Shown piece by piece: positions 8,202 to 16,111 of a stretch of DNA of 19,688 bases. Position 1 is the first letter of the stretch. Every line of letters begins with the position of its first letter. Position numbers and translations under genes: made by a program. The stretch comes from Thermoplasmata archaeon (GTDB lineage Archaea; Thermoplasmatota; SW-10-69-26; JACQPN01; JAJPHT01), in the NCBI GenBank assembly GCA_034667685.1, contig JAXDQU010000086.1, positions 1 through 19,688 on the forward strand, read 5' to 3'. The notes below the pieces were generated by a model. The model was not told the origin of the DNA. It searched no databases and worked only from the letters and a program-made list of their open reading frames with translations.

Positions 8202-8259
8202 TCCCTGACACCGCGAATCCCAGCATCCGCGTGGATTCCTCGGATGCGCGGTGTCGGGA
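8202..8259. repeat. Imperfect hairpin between pdxS and the SDR gene
   Basis: GACACCGCG (8207-8215) pairs with CGCGGTGTC (8247-8255), with internal ATCC x2 / GGAT x2. A T-tract follows on the minus strand at ~8183-8192. Confidence 0.6.
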
Positions 8260-8275
8260 ACGGATCGTGAGCCGC

Positions 8276-9301
8276 CTACCAGCCGCGGGTGGCGAGCTGC
8301 TGCTCCAGCGGGAGCGAGGCGTTGCTGATGCCGCGCATCGCGTCGCCCAGCCCCTTGCTGACCTCGGCGACGGTCTTGGGGTCGTCCCAGTGCGTCGTGG
8401 CCTCGACGATGGCCTTGGCGCGGGCCGCGGGGTTCGTGGACTTGAAGATGCCCGAGCCGACGAAGACGCCGTCGTTGCCAAGCTGCATCATGAGCGCGGC
8501 GTCGGCGGGCGTGGCGATGCCGCCGGCCGCGAAGTCCACCACGGGGAGACGCTTCATGGACTTGATCTCGAGGAGCGTGCCCAGGAGGCCGGTCTCGATC
8601 TCCTCGATGCTCTTGCCCGGCGGGAAGACCTCCTCCTTGCGGCCGCGCTTGCCGCCGTCGAAGCCGTGCTCCTTGCGGATGACCTGGGGGAGCATCTCGT
8701 AGCTCGTGGAGTAGGAGCGCGCGACCTGGACGAGCTCGTCCTTGTCCATCGCGGCGACCTCCTGGATCGCGTGGAGGATCTGGCGGCGGTGGCGCACGGC
8801 CTCGACGATGTCGCCGGTGCCGGCCTCGCCCTTCGTGCGGATCATCGCGCAGCCTTCCCAGACGCGGCGGGTGGCCTCGCCCAGCGTGCGGGCGCCGCAG
8901 ACGAAGGGCACGGTGAAGGCGTGCTTGTCGATGTGGAAGAACGGATCGGCGGGCGTGAGCACCTCGCTCTCGTCGATCATGTCGACGCCCATCGTCTCCA
9001 GGATGCGCGCCTCGACGAGGTGGCCGATGCGCGCCTTCGCCATGACGGGGATGGTGACCGCGTCGAGGATCTCCTCGATGACCTTCGGGTCGCTCATGCG
9101 CGCGACGCCGCCCTCCTTCCGGATGTCGGCGGGCACGCGCTCGAGCGCCATGACGGCGACGGCGCCCGCCTCTTCGGCGATGCGCGCCTGCTCGGCGTTG
9201 GTCACGTCCATGACGACGCCGCCCTTCTGCATCTTGGCGAACCCGCGCTTGATGAGCGTGGTGCCGTGGCGGAGCGTCTCGAGGTTGACTTCGCGAGGCA
9301 T
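8276..9301 (-). CDS. pdxS: Pyridoxal 5'-phosphate synthase lyase subunit PdxS (with internal insertion)
   Basis: [81 protein letters not shown] and terminal RGW. Start at ATG 9301 after GAGAGGA. Confidence 0.98.
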   Translation of the reverse strand: MPREVNLETLRHGTTLIKRGFAKMQKGGVVMDVTNAEQARIAEEAGAVAVMALERVPADIRKEGGVARMSDPKVIEEILDAVTIPVMAKARIGHLVEARILETMGVDMIDESEVLTPADPFFHIDKHAFTVPFVCGARTLGEATRRVWEGCAMIRTKGEAGTGDIVEAVRHRRQILHAIQEVAAMDKDELVQVARSYSTSYEMLPQVIRKEHGFDGGKRGRKEEVFPPGKSIEEIETGLLGTLLEIKSMKRLPVVDFAAGGIATPADAALMMQLGNDGVFVGSGIFKSTNPAARAKAIVEATTHWDDPKTVAEVSKGLGDAMRGISNASLPLEQQLATRGW

Positions 9302-9338
9302 CGGTGAGTCCTCTCGGTTTTCCAAAGCCGGGGTGCGA

Positions 9339-9349
9339 TGATAAAGCTG
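9339..9349 (-). promoter_or_regulatory. Putative TATA box of pdxS
   Basis: Minus strand CAGCTTTATCA, ~40 nt upstream of the ATG. Confidence 0.55.
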
Positions 9350-9437
9350 ACCCCCGCGCCGGCGGACGATTGCGCTCGCGCGGGCAGGGGCAAGGCCAAC
9401 GGCAGTTCCGATACCCTGTCGATGGATGACGCCTCCT

Positions 9438-9516
9438 TCAACACGAAGGCACGAAGCCACGAAGGCACGAAAGTCCAGAAACTTCGTGATTTCGTGGCTT
9501 CGTGCCTTCGTGTTCC
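9438..9516. repeat. Palindrome of 8-bp tandem units (CACGAAGN x4 / TTCGTG x4), copy 1
   Basis: 9440-9463 is the perfect 24-bp reverse complement of 9491-9514. Lies in the divergent pdxS/mazG-like intergenic region. Confidence 0.95.
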
Positions 9517-9565
9517 CCTCGGCCTCGCCGAAGCCGCTTTGCCACGCGGATGCGCTCGGGGAGCG

Positions 9566-9847
9566 ATGACCCTCCAGCAGGACCTCGCGCAGCGCTTCGC
9601 CGAGGGCGACCGGAAGAGCGGCGCCAGCTTCCTCGCGCTCGTGCTCATGGAGGAGGTGGGCGAGCTTGCCGAGGCGGTCCGTCGCGGCCAGAAGGACGAG
9701 GCGCGCGCCGAGGTCGCCGACGTGGCGTTCATGGCCTACGCGCTGGCGAACGTGCTCGACGTGGACCTCGACGCGGCCATCCGCGCGAAGTTCCTGGAGC
9801 GCAAGAAGGGGGACGTCACGAAGAGCTGGACCGACGTCCCCCGCTGA
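9566..9847 (+). CDS. MazG-like nucleotide pyrophosphohydrolase (single domain)
   Basis: [14 protein letters not shown]...EVADV...LANVLDVDL matches the all-alpha NTP-PPase EExxE...ExxD motif. Start at ATG 9566; the upstream extension in the track is translated repeat. Confidence 0.9.
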   Translation: MTLQQDLAQRFAEGDRKSGASFLALVLMEEVGELAEAVRRGQKDEARAEVADVAFMAYALANVLDVDLDAAIRAKFLERKKGDVTKSWTDVPR

Positions 9848-9853
9848 GCGCGC

Positions 9854-10063
9854 TCAGTGGTGGTTGACCGAGCCGACCCAGCACTCCTGGTCGGCGTAGA
9901 GGTAGCAGGGGTCGCCCGCGGGACAGTTGGTCGTGTTCTCGCGGCACGTGCAGTTGCGCGCGACGAGACCCGTGCAGGGGTCGAGGCCGGGGACGGCGGC
10001 GGCGAGGGGCGCGCTCAGGGCGAGCGCGAGGCAGGCGACGAGGACGATGCGGGTCGTGTTCAT
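9854..10063 (-). CDS. Small secreted cysteine-rich peptide, 69 aa
   Basis: MNTTRIVLVACLALALSAPLAAA signal peptide followed by a 46-aa mature part with six Cys. It is the 3' end of the track's 687-aa shadow ORF. Confidence 0.8.
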   Translation of the reverse strand: MNTTRIVLVACLALALSAPLAAAVPGLDPCTGLVARNCTCRENTTNCPAGDPCYLYADQECWVGSVNHH

Positions 10064-10170
10064 GGGATCACGCGTCCGCGCGTGGCGGACAAGCTCCTCA
10101 TGGCGCGCGGGGACTTGGGTTCTGTAGTCCACGCGTTTCCGGCGGCCAGCGCGGCGCGCGGCTCCGACCT

Positions 10171-13100
10171 TCAGCGCCTCCGCTTCTTGGCGCTCTTCTT
10201 GGCGGCTTTCTTGGCGGCCTTCTTCGCCGGCTTCTTCGTCGCCTTCTTGGCCTTCTTGGGCGCGGCCTTCCGGGTCGCCTTCTTCGCGGCCTTCTTCGCG
10301 GGGCGCGCGATGCCCTTGCGGGTCGCCTTCGCCCCCTCGCGCTTCGCCATCGTCAGCGACTCGGACGCGAGGCCCTGCGGCGTCAGCGTCGGCTCCGCGT
10401 CCGCGGCGCGCACGCCGATGGTCAGCGTGGTGCCTTCGAGGTCCCAGTCGCGCACCATCGCGCCCTGCGGCTTGTCGGTGAACGTCAGGCCCGTCGCCCG
10501 CGTGGCGTCCGCGACCTCGTGGAGGCGCGGCTGCACGAGCGCGGCGAACTCGGCGGGCGCGGCGAGCTGCGCGACGATGCGCGCGTTCATGTCGAGGCCC
10601 AGGAGCTTGCGCATCTCCTGGATGCGGCGCGTGAGGTCGCGCGCGGCGCCCTCGGCCTGGAGGTCGGACGTGACCACCGTGTCCACGTAGACGCTGCCGC
10701 CCGCGAAGTCCGCGCCGCTGGTGTGCTCGGGCAGGCGCGTCTCGAAGCCGACCATCTCGGGGCCCAGCGTCTGGCCACCCACGCCCACGGGCTCGCCGCG
10801 CGCCACGGCGCCCCGCATCTCGCGGAGCGCCTTCTGGTCGAGCGCCGCGAGCGCGGCCAGGACCTTCGGACCTTCGGCGCGGAACGTCCTCCCGATGAGG
10901 TTCTTGTTGGGCACGGCCGCGAGGTGGAGCTCGCCCCAGGCGCCCGTGACCAGCTCGATCTCCTTCGTGTTGGCCTGCTCGACGATGATGTCGCGGAAGC
11001 GCGCCAGCGCGCTCCTCACGTCGGCGTCGTCGCTGGCGAACACGAGCCGCGCGACGGGCCAGCGCAGCTTCATGTTGGCCTTCTGGCGCGCGTAGGCGGC
11101 GGCGTCCACCGCGGCGCGCACGGTCGCCATGTCGCGCTCCAGGTCGTAGTCCGTCTGCGCGGCGTCGGCGACGGGCCAGTCCTCCGCGTGCACGGTGAGC
11201 TTGGCCTTGCCCTCCGTCAAGTCCTGGTAGAGCGCCTCCGCGGTGAAGGGGGCGAAGGGGGCGAGGAGCTTCGCGGTCGCCAGCAGCGACTCGTGCAGCG
11301 CGTGGTACGCGGCGCGCTTGTCGGCGCTCTCGCGCTCGTCCCAGACGCGCTCGCGCACGAGGCGCACGTACCAGCGCGAGAGGTCCTCGAGCACGAACTG
11401 CTCGACCTCGCGCGCCGCCTTGTGGAACTCGTTGGCCTCGAAGGCGTGCGTGACCTCCGCGACGGTCGTCTGGAGGCGCGAGAGGAGCCAGCGGTCTTCC
11501 GCGCGGCTCGCCGCGGGCGCGGGCTCGTAGCCGTCCTCGGCCATGTACTGCGTCGCGAAGACGTGCACGTTCCAGAGGATGTTCAGCGTGCGCTGCGCGG
11601 CGCGGACGCTTTCCTCGCCGAAGTTCACGTCCTCCCAGGGCGCGGCGCCGCTCACGAGCGCGAGCCGGAGCGCGTCGGCGCCGAACTTGCCGATGATCTC
11701 CTTGGGGCGCATGCCGCCCGTCGACTTCGACATCGCCTTGCCGAGCTGGTCGTTGACCCAGCCGTGCATGACGACGTTCTCGTAGGGCACGCGGTCGAAC
11801 GCCGCGACGCCCGCCGCGAGCTGGCTGTAGAACCAGCCGCGCGTCTGGTCCAGACCTTCGCAGATCCAGTTGGCCGGCTCGGGCGCCGCGTCGCCGTGGC
11901 GCGGGCGCGAGGCCCACGCGGCGACGGCGCTATCAAACCAGACGTCGACCACGTCCGGCACGCGCTTCATGATGCCCCCGCAGCCGCGCCGCGGGCAGAC
12001 GACGCGCACCTTGTCGATCCACGGGCGGTGGAGGTCCTGCTGCTTGTAGTCGGAGATGTGGTGCAGCTCCTTGCGCGAGCCCACGACGACCTGCTCGTTG
12101 CAGTGGCCGCAGATCCAGATGGGGAGCGGGATGCCCCAGTAGCGCTGGCGCGAGATGCACCAGTCGCGCGCGTGCTCGACCCAGTCGCGCTGCCTCGCGC
12201 TGCCGGCCCACGCGGGCGTCCACGTGACGCGGTCGACCTCGGCGATCATCTTCTCCTTGATCTTCGGCACGTCGATGAACCACTGCGAGGTGGCGCGGAA
12301 GATGATCGGGTTCTTGCAGCGCCAGCAGTGGCCGTAGCTGTGCTTCTCGTTGCGGCTGGCCAGCAGCAGGCCGTGGTCGCGGAGCGTTTGCAGCACGACG
12401 CCATCGGCCTCGCTCGTGCCCTCCTTGCTCTTGACGCGGAGGCCCTGGAGCGAGCCCGCGGCGCTCGTGTAGCGGCCGTCCTCGCCCACGGGGCTGAAGA
12501 CCGGGATGCCGTACTTCTTGCCCGCGTCGAAGTCCTCGACGCCGTGGCCGGTGGCGGTGTGCACGAGGCCGGTGCGGTCGGCGGCGACGTGCTCGCCCAG
12601 GATGACCTTGTTGTTCCGCGCGGAGGCGGGCGTCTGGTGGTAGGGGACCTCGCGCGCGAAGGGGTGGCGGTAGCCCACGCCCTCCAGCGCGGCGCCGGGC
12701 ATGCGCTCCACGACCTCGAACGACTCGTAGCGGCCCAGCTTCGCGACGTGCTCCGCCTGCGCCTCCGCGACGACGAGCGTCTCCTCGATGCCGGCCTTGC
12801 GGACGCGCATGCGGACGTAGGCGAGCTTCGGGTTCGCGGCGATGGCGACGTTGGCGGGGAGCGTCCAGGGCGTCGTCGTCCAGATGACGAGGAACTCGTG
12901 CTCCCTTCCTTCGACGGGGAACTTGACGTAGGCGCTGGGGTCCTCGCGCTCCTCGAACTCGATCTCGGCGTTGGCCAGCGGCGTCTCGCAGCGCCAGCAC
13001 CAGGTCAGCACGCGCTCGCTCTTGAACAGGAGGCCGCGCTCGTGGGCCTTCTCGATGGCCCACCAGGCGCCCTCGACGTAGTCGTTGTCGAGCGTGCGGT

Positions 13101-13542
13101 ACGGGTGGTCCCAGTCGAGCCAGACGCCCAGCTCGCGGAACTCCTCGTTCATCATCTTGAGGTGCTCCGTGGCGAAGTGGCGGCAGGCGTCGACGAAGCG
13201 GTCGATGCCGTACGCCTCGATCTCCTTCTTGCCGTTGAAGCCCAGCTCCTTCTCGACCTTCACCTCGATGGGCAGGCCGTGCATGTCGTAGCCGGGCTGG
13301 TCACGCACCGCGAAGCCGCGCATGCGCATCTGGCGCACGTGGACGTCCTTGAGCACCTTGTTGCGCGCGGTGCCGATGTGGATGTGGCCCGTGGCGTAGG
13401 GGGGGCCGTCCAGGAAGAAGTGCGCGGGCCCGTGGGCGCGCGCCGCCTTGGCGTGGTGGTAGGCGTCGTGCTCCTTCCACCACGAGGCGATGCGCGTTTC
13501 GAGGGCGCGCGGGTCGTACGTTCGCTCGGCAGCGCGGACCAT
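10171..13542 (-). CDS. ileS: Isoleucine--tRNA ligase (archaeal/eukaryote type) with C-terminal Lys/Ala-rich tail
   Basis: FLDGPPYATG.IHIGT (HIGH), PGYDMHGLPIE, IWTTTPWTLPAN, TGLVHTA.GHG.EDF, DWCISRQRYWGIPLP, DVWFDS, EGLDQTRGWFYS, AMSKS and RR.IQEMRK. Confidence 0.98.
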   Translation of the reverse strand: MVRAAERTYDPRALETRIASWWKEHDAYHHAKAARAHGPAHFFLDGPPYATGHIHIGTARNKVLKDVHVRQMRMRGFAVRDQPGYDMHGLPIEVKVEKELGFNGKKEIEAYGIDRFVDACRHFATEHLKMMNEEFRELGVWLDWDHPYRTLDNDYVEGAWWAIEKAHERGLLFKSERVLTWCWRCETPLANAEIEFEEREDPSAYVKFPVEGREHEFLVIWTTTPWTLPANVAIAANPKLAYVRMRVRKAGIEETLVVAEAQAEHVAKLGRYESFEVVERMPGAALEGVGYRHPFAREVPYHQTPASARNNKVILGEHVAADRTGLVHTATGHGVEDFDAGKKYGIPVFSPVGEDGRYTSAAGSLQGLRVKSKEGTSEADGVVLQTLRDHGLLLASRNEKHSYGHCWRCKNPIIFRATSQWFIDVPKIKEKMIAEVDRVTWTPAWAGSARQRDWVEHARDWCISRQRYWGIPLPIWICGHCNEQVVVGSRKELHHISDYKQQDLHRPWIDKVRVVCPRRGCGGIMKRVPDVVDVWFDSAVAAWASRPRHGDAAPEPANWICEGLDQTRGWFYSQLAAGVAAFDRVPYENVVMHGWVNDQLGKAMSKSTGGMRPKEIIGKFGADALRLALVSGAAPWEDVNFGEESVRAAQRTLNILWNVHVFATQYMAEDGYEPAPAASRAEDRWLLSRLQTTVAEVTHAFEANEFHKAAREVEQFVLEDLSRWYVRLVRERVWDERESADKRAAYHALHESLLATAKLLAPFAPFTAEALYQDLTEGKAKLTVHAEDWPVADAAQTDYDLERDMATVRAAVDAAAYARQKANMKLRWPVARLVFASDDADVRSALARFRDIIVEQANTKEIELVTGAWGELHLAAVPNKNLIGRTFRAEGPKVLAALAALDQKALREMRGAVARGEPVGVGGQTLGPEMVGFETRLPEHTSGADFAGGSVYVDTVVTSDLQAEGAARDLTRRIQEMRKLLGLDMNARIVAQLAAPAEFAALVQPRLHEVADATRATGLTFTDKPQGAMVRDWDLEGTTLTIGVRAADAEPTLTPQGLASESLTMAKREGAKATRKGIARPAKKAAKKATRKAAPKKAKKATKKPAKKAAKKAAKKSAKKRRR

Positions 13543-13568
13543 GGGATGCTCCGCCGAACCGTGGCGCG

Positions 13569-13585
13569 CTTTTTATAGTCTTATC
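13569..13585 (-). promoter_or_regulatory. BRE/TATA promoter of ileS (probably leaderless transcript)
   Basis: Minus strand GATAAGACTATAAAAAG, with the TATA 28-35 nt upstream of the ATG at 13542. Confidence 0.65.
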
Positions 13586-13935
13586 CTCGCTCCGTCCACG
13601 ATCGGTCTGCCCCGGCCCGGCGACCCGGGCCAGGTGGCGCCCGCGCCCCCGGGAACCCTCGGACGGTTTCGGCATCGCGGTCGGCTCGCGAGCGGGACGC
13701 GTGCGCGCGCCCGGAGGCAGACGTGGGCAAGCGTCGACCGCAAGCCAATGCGAGCGCGAAGAGGTCGCGCGGATGATCCACAATTGGGCTCACAATCAGA
13801 TTGCTCCTGCACGCCTGACCGCTGCGGACGCAGATGGATTCCTGTCGGCGGAAGCGGAACGGGGTGATCGGCTGCCTGTGCGACAGTTACTTGGTCGTTA
13901 GGGACGTTGCCCGCTGGGAAGTGTTCCCGTTGGTT

Positions 13936-14979
13936 GTGCTACGAACATTCTTTGTTGCTTCGATGATGATCACGATCACGTTGGGCGCGGCGGGCGCCGG
14001 CGTCCAAGCCACGCCGAGCGGCTCGGCAGATCCAGGCTGCTCCGTGGCGACGATCACGTCCATGGTCCTGCAGATGGGCGTCCGGGGGGACTCGCCCGTC
14101 GCCTTGAAGACGGCCCAAGACTCGGCGCAATATGCTGCAGAAAAGGCGAGCCTTACGCCCAGTGAGCAGCTCAGCTATGCTGGCATGTTCAACGACTGGA
14201 CTTTGGACAAGGCCACTTGCATGCCCGCCGTCCAGAGCATCGACGTCGTCTTCGCGGTGAGCGGCTCTTCCCCGCCGGTCCAATTCGTCATCCTGGAGAA
14301 TCCCCAGGCGAGCAGCGTCATCGGCACCACCCTCCACCCGGCGCTCCCCAACTCGCGCCCCAGCACGCCGGACGCGGCCACTGCCACTTGGAGCGGTTGG
14401 GACGCTGCGACGTCGGGTGGCCCGGTCGGGTCCTGGACGTTGCCCACCGCGAGCGCCCCAACGGGGGGGTGCGGAACGAACAACGTTTGCTATCTGTACA
14501 TCTGGATTGGCCAAACGGCCCAGCTCGGAGGCGGGACGGGCATTTCCCAAGCCGGTTCCGCGGACGTCGTCCAAGCAGGCGTGGCGTCCTACTGGGATTG
14601 GTATGAGTTCTTCTACCCGGCCAGCATCATCCAGTGCAGGACCATCAGTCCAGGCGACACCATGAAGGCGTTTTCGAGCTACTCGGCCGGAACCTACAGC
14701 CTCACCTCGTGGGACATGACGACCGGAACGGGTTGCACCTCGTCGCATTCGATGAGCATGGGAGCCCCGAACTACGCGGACTTCATCGCCGAGAACCCGA
14801 CCTCGGATCTCAGCCAAATCCCGCACGTTCCCAGCTTCACGCTCTACAACCTGAACGCGGGATCGTCGAGCGACCTGCTCGACTTCAGCCTGACCCGGTG
14901 GAACTCCGTGACCCACCTGAGCTCCGGAAACGTGTTCTACGTCAGCGGCGCGAGCCAGTTCACGGAGACGTATTCGTAG
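13936..14979 (+). CDS. Secreted G1-family (eqolisin / Peptidase_A4-like) glutamic endopeptidase with N-terminal pro-region
   Basis: Ordered motifs TWSGW, GSWTLP, IWIG, SQAG (catalytic Gln, codon 14548), WYE, ISPGD and ADFIAENP (catalytic Glu, codon 14791), plus a signal-peptide-like N-terminus. Start is uncertain (13834, 13921, 13936 or 13963). Confidence 0.8.
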   Translation: MLRTFFVASMMITITLGAAGAGVQATPSGSADPGCSVATITSMVLQMGVRGDSPVALKTAQDSAQYAAEKASLTPSEQLSYAGMFNDWTLDKATCMPAVQSIDVVFAVSGSSPPVQFVILENPQASSVIGTTLHPALPNSRPSTPDAATATWSGWDAATSGGPVGSWTLPTASAPTGGCGTNNVCYLYIWIGQTAQLGGGTGISQAGSADVVQAGVASYWDWYEFFYPASIIQCRTISPGDTMKAFSSYSAGTYSLTSWDMTTGTGCTSSHSMSMGAPNYADFIAENPTSDLSQIPHVPSFTLYNLNAGSSSDLLDFSLTRWNSVTHLSSGNVFYVSGASQFTETYS

Positions 14980-14996
14980 AGGCGTCCATCGGCTGC

Positions 14997-15027
14997 CCTC
15001 CTGCGAGGCGGCTGGGCTCGCAGGAGG
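14997..15027. terminator. Perfect 11-bp hairpin between convergent genes
   Basis: CCTCCTGCGAG - 9-nt loop - CTCGCAGGAGG. There is no T-tract, so the terminator role is inferred only from position. Confidence 0.5.
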
Positions 15028-15035
15028 CGCTTGGC

Positions 15036-15941
15036 TCACTCGGCGGGCGCCGCCGCCCGGTTCGAGGGCCGCACCTGGTTCGCCACGAAGACGCCCGCGA
15101 GGATCAGGAGCCCCGCGACGCCGACGCGCCAGGTGACGGCCTCGCCGCGCAGGGCGACCGCGAGCAGCACGCCCACGAGCGGCTGGAGGTAGACGAAGGA
15201 GGCGACGCGCGGCGCGCTGGCGTAGCGGAGCACCCACGTGTTGAGGCCGTACGCGCCCACCGTCGCGCCCAGGAGGATGTAGGCGAACGCGATCCACTCG
15301 CGCGTCCCCAGGGCGCTCCACTGCGCGTGCAGCGCCTGCGGCAGCGCGAAGGGCAGCATCTCGATGGTGCCGAGCAGGAAGACCCACGCGATGAGCGTCA
15401 GTGGGTCGTGGCGCTTCAGCGACGGGCGGCTCAGGACGAGGTAGGTGGAGTAGGAGAGCGAGTTGAGCGCCACGAGCGCATCGCCCAGGATCGACGCCTC
15501 GCCGCCCTGCGTGCCCAGCACGAGAAAGGCCACGCCCGCGAACGAGACGGCGAGGCCCGCGATGGCGAAGGCGCGCATGCGCTCGTGGCCCAGCACCACC
15601 GCGACCAGCAGCGTGAACGCGGGGATCGTCGCGATGAGGAGGACGGCGTGGGTCGCGCTCGTCATCGAGGTGCCCAGGAGGAAGAGGCCCTGGTTGAGGA
15701 CGACGCCGAGCAGCGCGAAGAGGGCGAAGCGGCCCGCCTCGCGCCAACCGGGGAAGGGCGAGCGCACGATCGTCCGCTCCAGGGCGAAGAGGACCACCGT
15801 CGCGGCGAGCAGGCGGCAGAGCGCCAGCGCGAGCGGGGGCACGTCCGGGAGGACGATCTTGCTCGCGACGGCCAGCGCGCCGAAGAGGACCTGCACCGCG
15901 ACGAGGCTGGCGACGATGCGCGTCTCGGAGGGCTCCGGCAC
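15036..15941 (-). CDS. DMT/EamA family transporter
   Basis: About ten hydrophobic helices in two repeats; PPLALALCRLL, ATIPAFT..AVVLGHE, LGDAL, F.YLQPLVG...LRGE. Confidence 0.95.
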   Translation of the reverse strand: MPEPSETRIVASLVAVQVLFGALAVASKIVLPDVPPLALALCRLLAATVVLFALERTIVRSPFPGWREAGRFALFALLGVVLNQGLFLLGTSMTSATHAVLLIATIPAFTLLVAVVLGHERMRAFAIAGLAVSFAGVAFLVLGTQGGEASILGDALVALNSLSYSTYLVLSRPSLKRHDPLTLIAWVFLLGTIEMLPFALPQALHAQWSALGTREWIAFAYILLGATVGAYGLNTWVLRYASAPRVASFVYLQPLVGVLLAVALRGEAVTWRVGVAGLLILAGVFVANQVRPSNRAAAPAE

Positions 15942-15993
15942 GCGGCGGGCATCGCGCGGCTCGCTTCAAGGTTGCTCTCCTGGTGCGGCCGTC

Positions 15994-16062
15994 GGAACAC
16001 GAAGACACGAAGCCACGAAGACACGAAGCGGAAGTTTCGTGCTCTTCGTGGCTTCGTGTTGA
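15994..16062. repeat. Palindrome of 8-bp tandem units (CACGAAGN x4 / TTCGTG x3), copy 2, inverted relative to copy 1
   Basis: GGAACACGAAGACACGAAGCCACGAAGACACGAAG...TTCGTGCTCTTCGTGGCTTCGTGTTGA, in the divergent EamA/nfo intergenic region. Confidence 0.95.
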
Positions 16063-16111
16063 GGTCGGGCGGGGCTCAATCCTTATGCGCCGCGAGACGG
16101 TGCGCATCGCC

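Noticed and set aside
9438-9516. Possible CRISPR array or iteron set (also 15994-16062 and 1262-1448)
   Set aside because: Units are 6-9 bp, contiguous and inverted, with no unique spacers, cas genes or rep gene.
9566-9847. MazG-like gene as part of an anti-phage or toxin-antitoxin system
   Set aside because: Stand-alone single-domain gene with no adjacent toxin, nuclease or defence genes; a house-cleaning role is more parsimonious.
10519-13578. 1019-aa ORF antisense to ileS, and similar long ORFs 1743-3773, 6836-9307, 13939-16113 and 17072-19303
   Set aside because: Shadow frames expected from strong GC3 codon bias. They have no recognisable motifs and overlap well-supported genes.
13640-13700. 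tRNA-like or T-box element upstream of ileS
   Set aside because: No TTCGA T-loop, cloverleaf or T-box consensus is visible. It also lies upstream of the apparent ileS TATA box, so it would not be in the ileS leader.
13573-13901. Small ORFs (60-160 aa) in the ileS-peptidase intergenic region
   Set aside because: Arg/Gly/Pro-rich, mutually overlapping, lacking the local codon bias and lacking motifs.
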